Shown: positions 1 to 13,300 of the stretch, in pieces
How the letters are laid out: every line of letters begins with the position of its first letter
How positions within the stretch are numbered: the first letter of the stretch is position 1
Virus record (IMG/VR): IMGVR_UViG_3300032326_001179
DNA: 64,000 nucleotides
Source of the DNA: an uncultured virus (IMG/VR IMGVR_UViG_3300032326_001179)
Taxonomy: Duplodnaviria; Heunggongvirae; Uroviricota; Caudoviricetes
Direction: 5' to 3' (one strand)
Translations under genes and position numbers: made by a program
The notes under the pieces: model-generated
Told to the model about the DNA's origin: nothing
The model's database searches: none
Seen by the model: only the letters and a program-made list of their open reading frames with translations

Positions 1-1
1 A

Positions 2-1345
2 AACTTTAAAACTGGAGATCCATTTACCAAAGTTCAAGAAGGTGAATTAAGACTGCCTGGAAAAGGGTACGAAAGACTTCATACTGCATTTAAAGATCCC
101 TCAGGTCAGTATAGTCCAATTACTCAATTAGATATATTAGGAGACGTTGCTCCGTACTCTTCAGAGTTTAGAGCATTAAATAGATCAATAGGTTCAATGA
201 TCGAAGATCCAGCTGAAAGAGCTCAACTTCAAAATATTAGAGAACAAGTACAGGGTGTTACTCAAAAAGAAGAATTTGAAAGATATAAATATAGAAACGC
301 TTCCCCAGAAGATCTTGATATGGGATTGGGCAGGTATATGCTGGGAAGAGCTGGAGAAGCAATTGCTCACAGAGATACTATTTTTAATACAAAATTTCTT
401 CCCAGAAAAACTGCCGTAGAAGACTGGGAAAGACAAAACGTTTATGGCTCAACCTTCCCAGAATGGCAAAGACCGTTTGAAAGCTTTATAGAGCCTATGG
501 TTTACAAAGCAACGCAAAGAAATCCTATCGCAGCCGCTGGTGTTATGGGATTAGTAGGTGCTGCCTTTGGTACAACTCCTAGAGCAAAGGTTTTTGGTTC
601 AGCAGTTGGCGCATTTACTGGTGCAGCAGCTGGAACATATGGAAATATTTCAGAAGCAATTACTGGAGAAAGATTTATTCCCAAAAAAAGAAAACAACAA
701 ATGGCGTTAGAAGAGTATTCAGATGTGTTAACTTATGTTAAAAATACTTCATTAGCTTCTCAGGCTCAAGAAGCTGGAGATGTTCAGTCTGCAAGGCAAT
801 TTAGGCAAGCAGCTAATAGAACAATGTATGGAGCAGATATTTATGGAGCATCTGTTGAGAGTCTTTCTTTGTCAGTGCCAAAAAGAAAAAGAGAACACTT
901 TAAGGAGATGATTCAGGAAACAGATTCTGGAGAAAGAGAAAGAATACTATCAACTGCTCCTAGACTTGAAAGAAGAATTTACCAAGCTGCCTGGGGAATG
1001 GAAGTTGAAAAAAGGCCGGATCTTGTTGACTATTTTACTAGCCATGAATTACCAGATGCTTCCTGGGAAGGCTGGCATCCTAACACAAACATGGAGCATG
1101 TAAAAATAAAAATAGGACAATCAATGGGTGTCGAAATGTCTCAAATGGGATATTATCCACAGCAAGTAAAAGAAGCTGGTTTAACAAATCCAAGTTATCC
1201 AACTTTTGCTGCTCAAGCAGATAGATCATCAGTTCTAGAGAATCTAAGAAGAATGATGCTAAGCTCCGGTCTTGATGGTTCAATAACTCCTGTAATCAAT
1301 CCATTTGGTAGTAGTTCAGTGGAACTTTCGGCAGGTGTTAGATAA
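2..1345 (+). CDS. C-terminal part of a large virion-associated protein (5'-truncated by the window edge)
   Basis: The frame of ORF 197..1345 is open back to position 2 (NFKTGDPFTKVQEGELRLPGKGYE...). It has a Gly/Ala-rich hydrophobic segment, and its stop overlaps the next ATG (TAATG). Confidence 0.7.
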   Translation, partial: NFKTGDPFTKVQEGELRLPGKGYERLHTAFKDPSGQYSPITQLDILGDVAPYSSEFRALNRSIGSMIEDPAERAQLQNIREQVQGVTQKEEFERYKYRNASPEDLDMGLGRYMLGRAGEAIAHRDTIFNTKFLPRKTAVEDWERQNVYGSTFPEWQRPFESFIEPMVYKATQRNPIAAAGVMGLVGAAFGTTPRAKVFGSAVGAFTGAAAGTYGNISEAITGERFIPKKRKQQMALEEYSDVLTYVKNTSLASQAQEAGDVQSARQFRQAANRTMYGADIYGASVESLSLSVPKRKREHFKEMIQETDSGERERILSTAPRLERRIYQAAWGMEVEKRPDLVDYFTSHELPDASWEGWHPNTNMEHVKIKIGQSMGVEMSQMGYYPQQVKEAGLTNPSYPTFAAQADRSSVLENLRRMMLSSGLDGSITPVINPFGSSSVELSAGVR

Positions 1346-4300
1346 TGCCGAGGCTTAGGGACGTAGGAACACAGAGCTTAGATCTACTTAGTAAGAGCGT
1401 AATACCAGAAGGGACAAGTCCAGAAACTTCTGAAAGAATCGCCAGGAGAATGCTGGAGCTAACTCCTCTTGGATATTCTCAGGTAATTAGAGTAGAAATG
1501 AGACCAAGAACACTTCCAGATGGTTCCACTATTCAGTCTCCATTATTTGTTTTATCTCACACAGGTGAAGAATTTACAGATCTAGCAGAAGCAGTAAGAA
1601 GATCAAACGATTTTGGAATGGTTTCTTACGCAAGGTTGTCTGCAGATCCAGATGCAAGAATAAATAGACAACTTCCTTATGGAGAACTGCTTGAAGAAAG
1701 AAAAAAGATTTCAGAAGTTTTAACTGAAGCAAAAAAGAATCCAAGAGGAGCAACAGCAAAAGCTTTAAGAGACCTTGGTCTTGGAGAGGTCTTGGATGGA
1801 GCGCAACTAAAAACCTACACAAGACCTGGTGGAAGATCTTTTGAAACGGTTGATTTTGAAATAAGGGCTATGTCAATTGACGCTACAAAAGGTGTAGGCA
1901 TGGACGCCTTTAGGGTTGGTGGAGATTCTGCTGGAGAAATGCTAGGCATAGCTTCTACTACAGATGATGGATTTAACTTTTTGGAATATGGACTACCTGG
2001 CCAAAAGATGACTCAAACACAAATTGCCGCAATTAAATCATTTGTTGGATCACCAAGAATGTCTCCTTACGAACTTGCTGCTAAAGGAGGAAAAGAAGGT
2101 GGAATAGAAAGTCTGGTTCAAAAACTAACAAAAAGAAACAGAGGATATGAATCCCCTAGACAATTCTCTATGTCTGGAACTGGTGTACAAAAATTTTTAA
2201 GAGGTTCAGGAAAAGCTACATTAGCTGACGCAACGGTTATGGTCGATGCTAGGGCAGAAATGTTAACAGCAGCATTAGCATCAAAATTAAACACTTCTTC
2301 GACTGCTACTAAAGAACAAAAATCAATAGCAAATAATTTAACAACAAGGTACAACGCTTTTTCCTATAAGTTCTACCATGATGCAGATCTCGCTGCAGCA
2401 GAAGGTTCAAATATATTAGATGCAATTTTAGATCCTAGCAAAACAAACCAAAAAACGTACACAGACATAGCAAAATTAATGAGAACAGCGCATACTAGGG
2501 CATCTAGCTCTCGGTAAATCTGTTACAAAAGAATTTGAAAGTTTAGTAGAAAGCTCTAGAACAATAGATAGTGCTACAAAAAATGCACTAAAACTAACAC
2601 TAGATAAAATGGAAGTATCAGTTGACGGTGTATTTGTTGTAAATAAAAATCATTTAGAAAAATATATTATAGGAGATAGAGACGCAAGAGGAAATATAGC
2701 TCGATATAAATCTGGCCCAAGAAGAGGAAGAATGTCAAGCGATTCACTACTGCAAACCTATGAGGGTTTTTATATGAGATACCTTGAAGAAGGTGAGTCT
2801 ATGGATACTGCAGCTCAACAACAAATGCGAGATTTAAGAGCGCAAATTGAAGCTTTTGCAACTCTTGATGAAAGAGAATTTACAAGAGCAGATGGGACCA
2901 GAGGCGTTAGGCTAGACGCAAGAATGAGGGATATAGAATCCCTAAACGCAAGAATAGGTGTAGGAGAAGGGCCTTTCGCGTTCTTAAAAGGTAGAGGTAG
3001 AATAGTAGAAGATTTACCGGACGATGTATCAATCGTTATTCCAGATGTTATGGTTAAAAAAGAAACTGGATTTCAAGAATTCTTAAATTTTGATGTTCTA
3101 GACGCACGAAGCACCGAAGCTGTTAACCCTGACCTTCAGATGATATTATTTCATAGAGAAGCATTTACTGAATTTGATGCAGCAGGAAATGCAATGGTAC
3201 CGAAGGTAACAACGGATTATGCAAAAAGTCAAATGGATGAGTTGGATGAAGTCCTTAGAACTGGAATAGTTCCAGAAAAGGTTAGAGAAAGAGTAATGCA
3301 AAATCTTGACGAGACTACTAGAGATGCATTCAACTTAACTTTTGGTAAGCACAAAGCTGGATCAAAATATCAAAACAAAGAGCTAGCAAAAAGATTAAAT
3401 GACGCCCTTATTAGCGGTAACGTTACAGATCCAGAAGTGGTCAACGCTTTAACTAATCATTATAGAAGGCAAATTTTTGATGAAACTCGTACAAATAATA
3501 AAAGAGTAAGAATATTAAAAACTCCTGATTTATTTAGATTTGATATTGAAGCTGAAATACCATCATTACAAGGTCAAGATACTCCATTCCTATTAGCCAC
3601 TAGAGGATCCGTAAATAAGGGTATAGATAAAGTAGAAATGATGGCAACCGATACAACTGGGGCTAGTGTTGTAAGAAATGTTGATTTCTCTAGAGCTAGA
3701 ATTTATAATCATAGACTTTTATTTAGTGGACTATCATCTGTTACACATCAGGCTTCTTTGGGTGGATTCGACTTTGACGACAAAGGTCTTCCAACAATAA
3801 GAAGCTTTGTTGATAATGCGGGCAGAAAGAGAACCGCATTTATGACATTTAGACAGCCAACTGGTCCTTCTGAATTTGTAGTTCAAACAATATCAAAAGA
3901 CCATCATACTTTAAATGAATTGTTTGGAAAAAATGATCAATTTAAAAAAACACTTTTACAAATAGCTGATGATGACACCGCCGATGCAACATTGAGGACA
4001 GCGGCTGGAGAAATGCATGAGTACATGAATTTTAATGTAGGAAAATTTAAAGATTATACAGATGAAGAAGCAAAGAGGTTTGCGTATCTCCATAGAAAAT
4101 TTGCAGGCATAGGAGTAACAAAAGAAAACATTGCAAATAGAGAACTTCTTGGAACCAAGAGCTCTAGACTTTTTGATGAGTCCTTTGGTTTTTTCAGAGA
4201 TACACAAATTAATGCAGACAACGTAATAGATGCTGCCTATAACAGAATTCACGGAAGAGGCGTACAAGAAATACCAGAAAGATTAATGAATCTTATGGCA

Positions 4301-6880
4301 AAGGTTGGAGCTGGTGGTGCGTTAACTCTTACCCCTGAAGTCATGAGAGAAGCAGCAGCTACACTGGATGAAAAAGAAATGAAGTTTTTAGCACCTTATT
4401 ATGCTAGAGGTCAATTCTTTAGATTGTTTGGCGAAACTGCTCCAGCAGCTTTTGAGGAATCTGAAAGAACTGCAATAGTTGAAGGGTTAAGGAAACAAAG
4501 GGCAGCAGATACAGCTTTGCTTGACAGAATGATTTCCAAATCTGGCGATACATTTGATATGGTAGATTTAGACTTTAGAAAAGCTCTTGCAGGAATAGTA
4601 GAAAATCAATTACCAGATTCGGCAGATACAGCTTCTAGAGCAATGAAAAAAAGAGTTGCTTTGGCAGAAATCGAAAAGGGAATGGAGCTTTATAGATCAA
4701 GGCTTAATTTTGGAGACGCTGAGACAGCCATACTTGGTAGTTATGTCAACAAACTTATGGCCGTTGGTTCAACAGTGGACCAAATGGAAGATATTATGTC
4801 CGATCTTGCTTCAAGGGGTGACGCAAGCACGGATGCTTTCCTCGATTTTGTTAGAAAAGAAGTAATAACACCATTCTTCATTCCAGAAGAAGCTGTTGAC
4901 TTTACCAAGACAACGGGTGGAATGAGGGTCTTGGGTGCAACAACTGCAGCTGCAGAAGCTTCTAATAGAAATGCAATTTTAAAAGCTTTTGCACTAACAG
5001 CAGATGCAGCGATGACCAACATGGACCCTCGTCAAGTTGGCAAAGCTCTAGAGGAACTTGGAATTAAAAATCTAGATGAAGCAGGAGAAACACTCATGCA
5101 ACATCTAGGTATGAGAATTGCAATAATGCAAGCTGGAGCAGAAGCCCTTGGCATAAGTCCAGAGGATTTAGAAAGATTTGGAGTAGATCCAAGATTATAT
5201 AATCTTAAAATTCAAGGAACAAAAAATGCAGAGAATCTAGGAATAGGAATTCAGCAAGGATTACAGAAACTTTCCGATTTCGTTGATGCAAACCTAGATC
5301 CAGATGCTCAGGCAAGATTTGCTGAAGCAAGGGTTCGCTTAGAGTCAGCAGTTGGAGCTGATATGAAAACACTTGGAGAGTTAATTAGTATTAGTTCTAA
5401 CAGTAAATATGCAGCTGCTTCAATGCATTTAGATGCTGCAGATAATTTTAACGTAAGATTGCAAAACGCAAACCGTAAAGCATTTATGTCAAGAAGCGCA
5501 GCAGAAATAGACATATTTTATATGAATAGACAAGGTGCACCAATAGCAAGCGAAGTTGAATCTGAAGCTGCAAGAATTGTTGCACAAGCCCAAGATCAGA
5601 TGAAGGCTTTTGATGAGTTCCAAAGATCCATAACAAGGGCAGAGTCCGCTGAAGGATTTGAAAAATCGCAACTAGAAAGAGCAAGAGCTAATCTAGGAGA
5701 AGAAATAAGGCAAGACATAGTTGCAAGCGTTGAAAGATTAAGAGCTGGCGGAATGGATAATTTAACTGAGCTTGATTTTTACGATGCAATTCAATTACAG
5801 GAAAGAATGCAAAAAGTATCACATAGAGAATTAGCTACTTTAGGCGAAATTGATCCAGCAGTTCCAAATAGATTGTCTGAACTAAAAAGACTGTCCGAGT
5901 TAAGAAGAAATTACTTTGGAATTGTTACAGATAGAAGATTCGAAGGTTCAGACGCTCAAAAAATGCACCAAGTAGTAGATAGATACTTGAGTTACCTTAC
6001 TCCAGAAGCAAGAGCAAGAGCAGAAGAATCCTTAACACAAGCAGACGAAACTCAAAAAATGATTACAAGAATAATGAACATCGATTCTCCTGGAAGCGCC
6101 AGAAGATTAAGAGGTTATGCTCCACGTGGTCGTGCAGGAGTCATAGCTCCTCCAACTTTGAGTGAATTAACATCAGGAATAATGACAGAAGATGATTTTA
6201 GGCAAATAGGACAACTAATAGAAACATCTAGAAGCGACGAGGCAATGGCTGCCGTAAGGGAAATTGGCGATGAAGATACTATAAGAAATATATCTGGAGT
6301 ACAAAAAGCAGCAGGAGAAGTAAGCACTCTTTATAAAGCAAGAGCTGCAGGTTTTGAAGATATGTATATGGACCCTGCAACTGGCAGAGTTTCAATACCG
6401 GCCATAGCTGATGCAGCAGGTAGTCCATCTGGAGCTACCACAAGACCAATAGCTGGTCAAAAATATAAAAGAATATCCAAAGCCATCGCCGATGGAGACT
6501 TAAAAAGACTCATAGATAAACCATATGTTAAAGGCACACTTGCAGGAATTGTTGCTCTTGGAGCTTTTGGATTTATACATTCTGCAAGAAAAGACCACTC
6601 ACCAGAAGACATGACTGGCCCACCGCTTTTGCCAGGAGGCAGTGCATACGAGTCTGGTTATCCAGGAAATACTTTAAATCTTCAGCCAAAAAATTATCCA
6701 ATGATTTCTGGAGAAAATGGCGTTACATATAGAGTAAACGTCTCTGGATCAAACGAAAATGCAAGAAGATTTGGCGATTCTATCGGAGCACTTATGCCCG
6801 GAGCTTCTTCTGCAACATATTATAATAATATTAAAGATTTAAATGTGGATCCGTACAAAGAAATGGGAAGTTCCTTCTAG
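1345..6880 (+). CDS. Large (~1844 aa) virion or ejection protein with a possible RNA polymerase-like motif; joined across a +1 shift at C2512
   Basis: ORFs 1345..2517 and 2609..6880 join when C2512 is skipped (TCT [C]GGT AAA TCT GTT = S-G-K-S-V). The +1 frame is open from 2513. It contains LGGFDFDDK...FRQP and a C-terminal hydrophobic helix. Confidence 0.65.
2512..2515 (+). other. C-GGN +1 recoding site 1 (TCT CGGT AAA)
   Basis: In-frame CGG is followed immediately by TAA; the +1 frame continues for 1455 codons. Confidence 0.8.
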
Positions 6881-6889
6881 GAGAAATGT

Positions 6890-7363
6890 ATGATATTTGA
6901 CGCAGAAAATCAAAATAAAAACCTCAAAGATGCAGGACAGAAAAACATAGATACATCTCCCAGAGTTAAAGAAGCAATGGGAGAGTCTAAAAAAGTAACA
7001 ACTGGCAAAGAAGAATCCAGTAGATCTGTTGACACCGGCAAAAGAAAAATATCTCAATCAAAAGACAGAAAGATTGGCGGTAAACCTTCTTATGAAGGTT
7101 ATATGCATTCACCATCTGCTTCTATATCGGTAAATAATACAGGATATTTAAATAAAGATTTTCAAACTTCAAGAAATTCTCAGAATAAATTAAATCAATT
7201 TCTTGGAAATAAAGACCAAATATTTTCAAGAAATCAGCCCTACTTAGCCTCATCACAAGGTATGCCAAAGGGAATGTCGGTAACAAATTATAGCAAATTT
7301 ACAGAAAGTAATTCTTCCAGTTCAAGGATGTCTGCTATAATTAGAAATAACAATATGATATAG
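6890..7363 (+). CDS. Hypothetical Lys/Ser/Asn-rich protein
   Basis: 157-aa ORF with AGGAG upstream, tightly packed between its neighbours. Confidence 0.7.
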   Translation: MIFDAENQNKNLKDAGQKNIDTSPRVKEAMGESKKVTTGKEESSRSVDTGKRKISQSKDRKIGGKPSYEGYMHSPSASISVNNTGYLNKDFQTSRNSQNKLNQFLGNKDQIFSRNQPYLASSQGMPKGMSVTNYSKFTESNSSSSRMSAIIRNNNMI

Positions 7364-7372
7364 GAATTAAAG

Positions 7373-10300
7373 ATGTCAGTACCAGATACAGTTACAAAAA
7401 GTGACCTAGATAGTTACGTGATTCTTCTTTTTGATGGAATCATTGAAAATTATGATAATCTCTTAGAAGCAGAAAAAGACTTTATAAGTGATTACTTCGG
7501 TGATGCCTGGGAATTGTTTGTAACTGATAGCGACAAAATGTCATCTCCTGATCTTATACAGTTTATGCTAAAAACTTATGCAGGACCACTTTGGACTTCA
7601 AAACAAGCATCTTTTTCAATATCTGGTTCTTACAGTGAGTTTTATAAAATAACAGAAATACCACAAACAGCAGAAGCGGTAAGTAATTTAAAGAGACTTT
7701 CTGTTGGTGGTGCCGGTTCAATTCTATATGGTTACGGTAACGATAAAGATTTTTCCATAGGTGGAGATGGAGTAGGAACTGGCACATATAGGGGAATTAG
7801 TTCTGATTTTACTGTAAATTTTAAAGACTTTTTTTATCATATTTCTCCAAAAGATATAAAAGGCGAAGAAGCTAGAAAAGTTCTTTATAGACTTTCTGAG
7901 TCTGGTTTATTAGATCTACTGTTTTATAAACCTAAGGTTCAAGACTTTGCTAGAAAAAGATATGTTAGCAAAGACGCACTACAAAAAAGTGCACTTGAGT
8001 ATGTTGACGAATACGGTGAAGATCTAGATTGGTTAGCGGCACTAACTAGAACTTATAACATAATAATAAAAGATCCGATATCTGCATGGTTGATGTCTAG
8101 GTATTTTCCTAATTTAGCAGAATATATTTTTACCGCTTTGGCTGCAACAGCAGATTATTCAAATAATGGATTTGGTGGCTCAACAAAAGATCCGTTAAAT
8201 GATCCAATTGAAATGGCCAAAAGAATGTTTAAAGCTTTTGGTACAGACGTAAACGGTGATGCAATATTCAAACCAGCTTGGACATTAATCAATACAGCTA
8301 TGAGAATAGAAGCTGCATTAGCTGAATTTCCATTTAGAAACAATATTCCACCAAGACCACCAGATATATTTCACCTAAGATTAGGCGCAGCTAATTTCTA
8401 TGTGCCACCAGTAACAATTAACGTTAACTCCATGTTTAAGACAGGAAGTTTAACTGGACGGAGCAATCAGACAAAAAAATACTCCGAAGTTTAACGCTGG
8501 ATACAAAGAAACCTCAGTTTCAATGAGGTTATTCTTTCCTAACTATGAAGAAATTTGGGGAATATCAATCAAAGACGCAGCAAATATAGATCTTTCAAAA
8601 GATGATTTTGCCATTGATTTTGCTACAGATAGCGAAGATAAGATAGATAAATTTCTTTCTTCATTAAGAGGTTTAGTAGCAGCATTTAAGTATTCTCCAA
8701 TTCTTCCGATTAAAAATCAATATTTAAATGCAGTTCATGGAATCACTGGTGTTGCTCTAGCTGGAATGAACATATCAACAATTCCTGGTTTCCCTTTTTG
8801 TTTAGTTGTAGACCTTGAGCTTAATTCATTCAATCATAAACCATTCTTGCCAATGATTAAGGACTTTAACCAAGCTGTTCATTGGGGTAAGTATAGACAC
8901 TATATGGGCAGGGCTGCACAAAGCCTAGATGCTTATATCAATAAAGAGTTCTTATTGAGTCAAGACATTATTGATACTCAGATTCAAGACCCCAACATGC
9001 CAAACCTAACATCGTCAACTCAAAACCAAACAGCAGATGTTGATCCAGGAACTTCCAATGTAACTTTTACTGGTTCAGTAAATCAATCCATAAATGATGA
9101 AACAAGTACAGTTTTAAAAACTAATATTATAAGAGACTGGAGAAATGGAAATAACATAAGTGTGTTTATGCCAGAAAGAGTCCAGTCAAGAATATTTACT
9201 CCTGATACATCAACTTTTAGATCACAACAAGAAAAAATATTAAATGATACAGGAAGAAATTTTTGGAACGCTACATTATACAAGTTTGGAATTGATATAA
9301 ATGAATCAGCTGGATATGGCAGAACGTTAGACAGCGTAGTAACAACATCAATGGATAGAAACTATTCAATGAGTGTTAAAAGAAAAGTTACAACAGCTAT
9401 TGACTTAATATTAGCTGGTAGAAATGAAGACGGAATAAATGATAAAATTTATAAGTATTTAGCTACTGCATATATATTAAATAATCCAATAGTTTATACC
9501 GTTCCATCTGATACTAGTAAAAATTATTCTGGAGCAGAGTATCTTTTAGGGGAAACTGACATAGCACCATCTGATGAAATTAAATTATTTCCTCTTGGTG
9601 GGTCAACTGATGTAGATCAAACAAAATATAGTTTAAAATACATTAAAAACTATCTAAGACAACAGTCATATGGATCAGCAGGTCTATTAACAAAGCTTGT
9701 AGAAGATTTAACATTTGAAAAAGTCCAAGCTGATAATGTAGCTAAAAACCCAGCAGCCGTAGCAGAAGTTAGGGCAAAAATAAAAGATGAATTATCTAAA
9801 GCATTTAATAATACGCTTTATGATAGATTCTTTTCTTCTGGACCAATTAAAGATTACATAGACGCACAACAAGCAAAGCAGAACGCCTACTCATTTAGAG
9901 AGTGGGAAGTTCCAATGGTTCAAGTCGACCTAGATCCAGAAAAAGTTATTGTCGATGGAGTTAATGTAAGCCTAGGTAATAGTTTGGTAAAACTTCAACT
10001 TCAGCTACAAGAAGAGCCAACCTATCAACACGTAGGTGGTAAAGATAGTTATGTCAGTATATCTATGACTGTTTTTGGAGAAGCAGAGTTAATAAAAATA
10101 AGAAATATATTTGAACATATTAACGGTCTAGCTAGGCTAGAACATGCAGCAGGTGTCATAGGTTTCTTGGGAATCAAAAATATAATCACATCTCTTTGTG
10201 GCGTTAAATATGTTCTTCCCCTTAGATATAATGTTGATACAATTCCTGGGTACCCACATGTATACAAGGTTCAATTAACGTTAGTAGATTTTGACATATT

Positions 10301-13300
10301 TCAACAAAAAAGAGAAAAACTCTCTTCTGAGCAACAGCAAAAATTTGTTGATGAGTTTGGAACAAAAAGAAATCCTTTCCTAAGAATTAAACAACTTTGG
10401 GGAGCATTCAATGCATACCCAGATTTGCCATTAGAAATATACGATAAGAATAAAAATGTCGTAGGATGTATGGATCCTGATTATTATTTCAGAAGCTTTG
10501 AAATGTTCGATAGGGATGTAATTGTTAACCAAAGCTTGCAGGAAGCAACGCAAGTTGCAGTTTATGAAGACGCAGAACAGCAAGGGGAAAGCTCTAGATC
10601 TGAAGAACAAAAAGAAATCAATAGATATGCTGATATTGTTGCTGACTACCTTAAGAAGAGCGACTTAGAGGGACTCGTTGCCTATCTTAAGTTAAATAAC
10701 CTTAGTCCAACCAAATCATATAAAATAGTTGAAGCAACAATAACAAAGTACGCTGGTCAAATTAAAAGATCTTTATTATTAGACTATATTGATGAGCTAG
10801 AAGAAGAAGACAAAGTATATATATTCTCTGATACTAAATTTTCTGTTCCTATGGGAGAATATAGTGTTGGTCAAATTACAAACTCAGAAGAAGGTCTTAA
10901 GGAAACGTTGGATGCAGTTTTCTCACAAACAGCCTCATCAGAGTCTGAGTTTGTATCCATAGATCCAGATAATTTAACTTCTGGAATTGAGGGATCTCCA
11001 TACGTTCACGGTTTAGTGTATGCAATACCAGCTTCAGAAGATGGAACTGCAAATCATGTTCCAGCTATGATTCAAACTGCTCATGGATATAACTTTGGGT
11101 ATCTTGCTAGAACAGATGGTAGATTCTATTTAAAGAATAGTGATTTTACAGTTAAAAAAATTAATAAGACAGCTGCACAAAATGCTAGAAATACTTTGTT
11201 AGATCCAACTAAAACAGAAAAGCAAAAAAAAGAAGCACAGCAAGTTCTTGACGATTTAAAAACACAAGAAAATGAAAAGATAGATGTAGTATCTTTTTCT
11301 AAAGTAGCAGATAGTCAGACTCCAGATAAAGCAGTAACAAAAGCTCATATGAGTGAAATTGGAACAAAGGCTTTGTCAGAGTATCAATACGCCTACTCTA
11401 ACTCTGGATCTGATCCAGAATCAATAGGACCAAATGGCGACCAGTACTCAGTAACAAAGCACTGGGAAAAAATGCTGGTAGATACTTCTTATAGAGATAT
11501 TTCAGGAAGAATGATTAGAGCATTCCCTACATATATGTTATGGCTCATTGATGAGGGCGGTCTTGGAATGGCCGGAGTTAAAATCTTTGACAATTTTTAT
11601 GGACTACAATCAATAATAGATTTTTCAATAGTTCAGTCAGAAGATATATTAGGAGACACTTTGATATTCAGAGTATCAAATATGTATTCAAAGCTAACAA
11701 GACCAGAAGCTTCCGAAATATACAGAGAAGGCAGCAGCGCCTACGATGATGTAAATAATTCAAACGACCAATCTCAACCAGAAAATATGACTCAAGGATT
11801 GGAAAGAATTGTTGACGTCTTATTGAGAAGACAAGATAACTTTAGAAGGCATTATGAAAATAAGTATGTTGTAGACATTGAAAACATTAGACTAAAGCCA
11901 GGAGTAAGAGTTCACCTAAGGGGTGGATATGGTTCTAATCCAAACTCTTTGCAAACCCTTTTCAATGGCATGGTTACCAATGTTGAACAAGGAGAAATTG
12001 TTACAGTTACTTGTCAGTCCGACGCTATAGAACTAAGTCCAATCATAAACTCTGCAAACAAAAAAGGTGATAGCGGAAAAATTGATGGAGGTTTAAATAC
12101 CGGAATGTTCTTGTCTGAACCAAGAGACTTAATGGTTAAGCTTCTATCTATGGGTACCTCTAGGTTCAGAGAGGCCATGAAGCACGCAACAAGAGGAACT
12201 GTTTTTTCTGAAAACAAATTTGGAATTAGACATTTTGGACACATATTATATGAACCACTAAACGATCTTGAAGCAGATAGAAATGCAAAGATTAAAGAAG
12301 GCTTTAAGAATGCTATCGAAGCTGCATCTACAGACAAACTAAATGCATCAAGCCTACTTAAGGCAGCATGGAGTCAAACTGGAGGATCTTACAATGGCGT
12401 TGACACTGGAATTGGTTTAGGTTCAGCAATTCTTGGCGGATTTACTGGAGGCCCAGTAGGAGCTATAGCAGCAGGAACTGCAGGTTTTGCAATGAGGTCC
12501 CCAATAGTTGGCCACATGAGAACTCTAATGGCTAACCTTAATACTCAAAGAGACTATGAAATTTTTAAAAGAAATATATATCCAGGAAACGGTTTAGGGG
12601 TAGCTCAATTCTTAGGTGGAGACCTTGATTCTGGGTGGTCAACCGCAGCAACAATAGATAATAATGAAAATTTATCAGAAGATAGAATGGCCTATGTCCG
12701 CAGGTTAGGCGACGCACAATGGAGTAAGGCAATAGAAAGAAATAGCGCACTAGCAGAGAGTCAGGCTAGAACAGTTAACGGCGGTGCTTTAAACGACTCT
12801 TCTAACATAGAAGGTTCAGCACAGTTTTTAAGCGGTCTTATTGGCGTAGCTGGTGCTGGCCTACTTGCTGTAGGAATGCCAGTTGTAGGATCTGCTATGT
12901 TGGGCGCAGGATTACTAGGTGTTACAAACGGAAGAACAGCAGGAAGCATATTTGAAACGCTTGGTCTTTTGTCCTCATTGGATGACGACATGCCAGGATT
13001 TGATGAGGTTTCATTTAGAGCCCAAACATATATGAGATCCGTGTGGGATATGTTTCAATTGTGTGCAAGGCTTCTTCCAAATTATATAGTTGCAGTAAGA
13101 CCATTCGAAGATAGGTCTACAGTTTTCTATGGAAAACCACACTGGCTTTACACTTCCGGTGTTGTACCCGTTTCTACTGGATTCTTGCATCCAGATGCAG
13201 CAATGAAAAAGGGTCTGATTGACACTGGTCCGAAGATGGAATCTCCAGACCAAGAGCTTCTTGATATCTTAAACAAGATAAATAAAGAAGCTAGCCCTAT

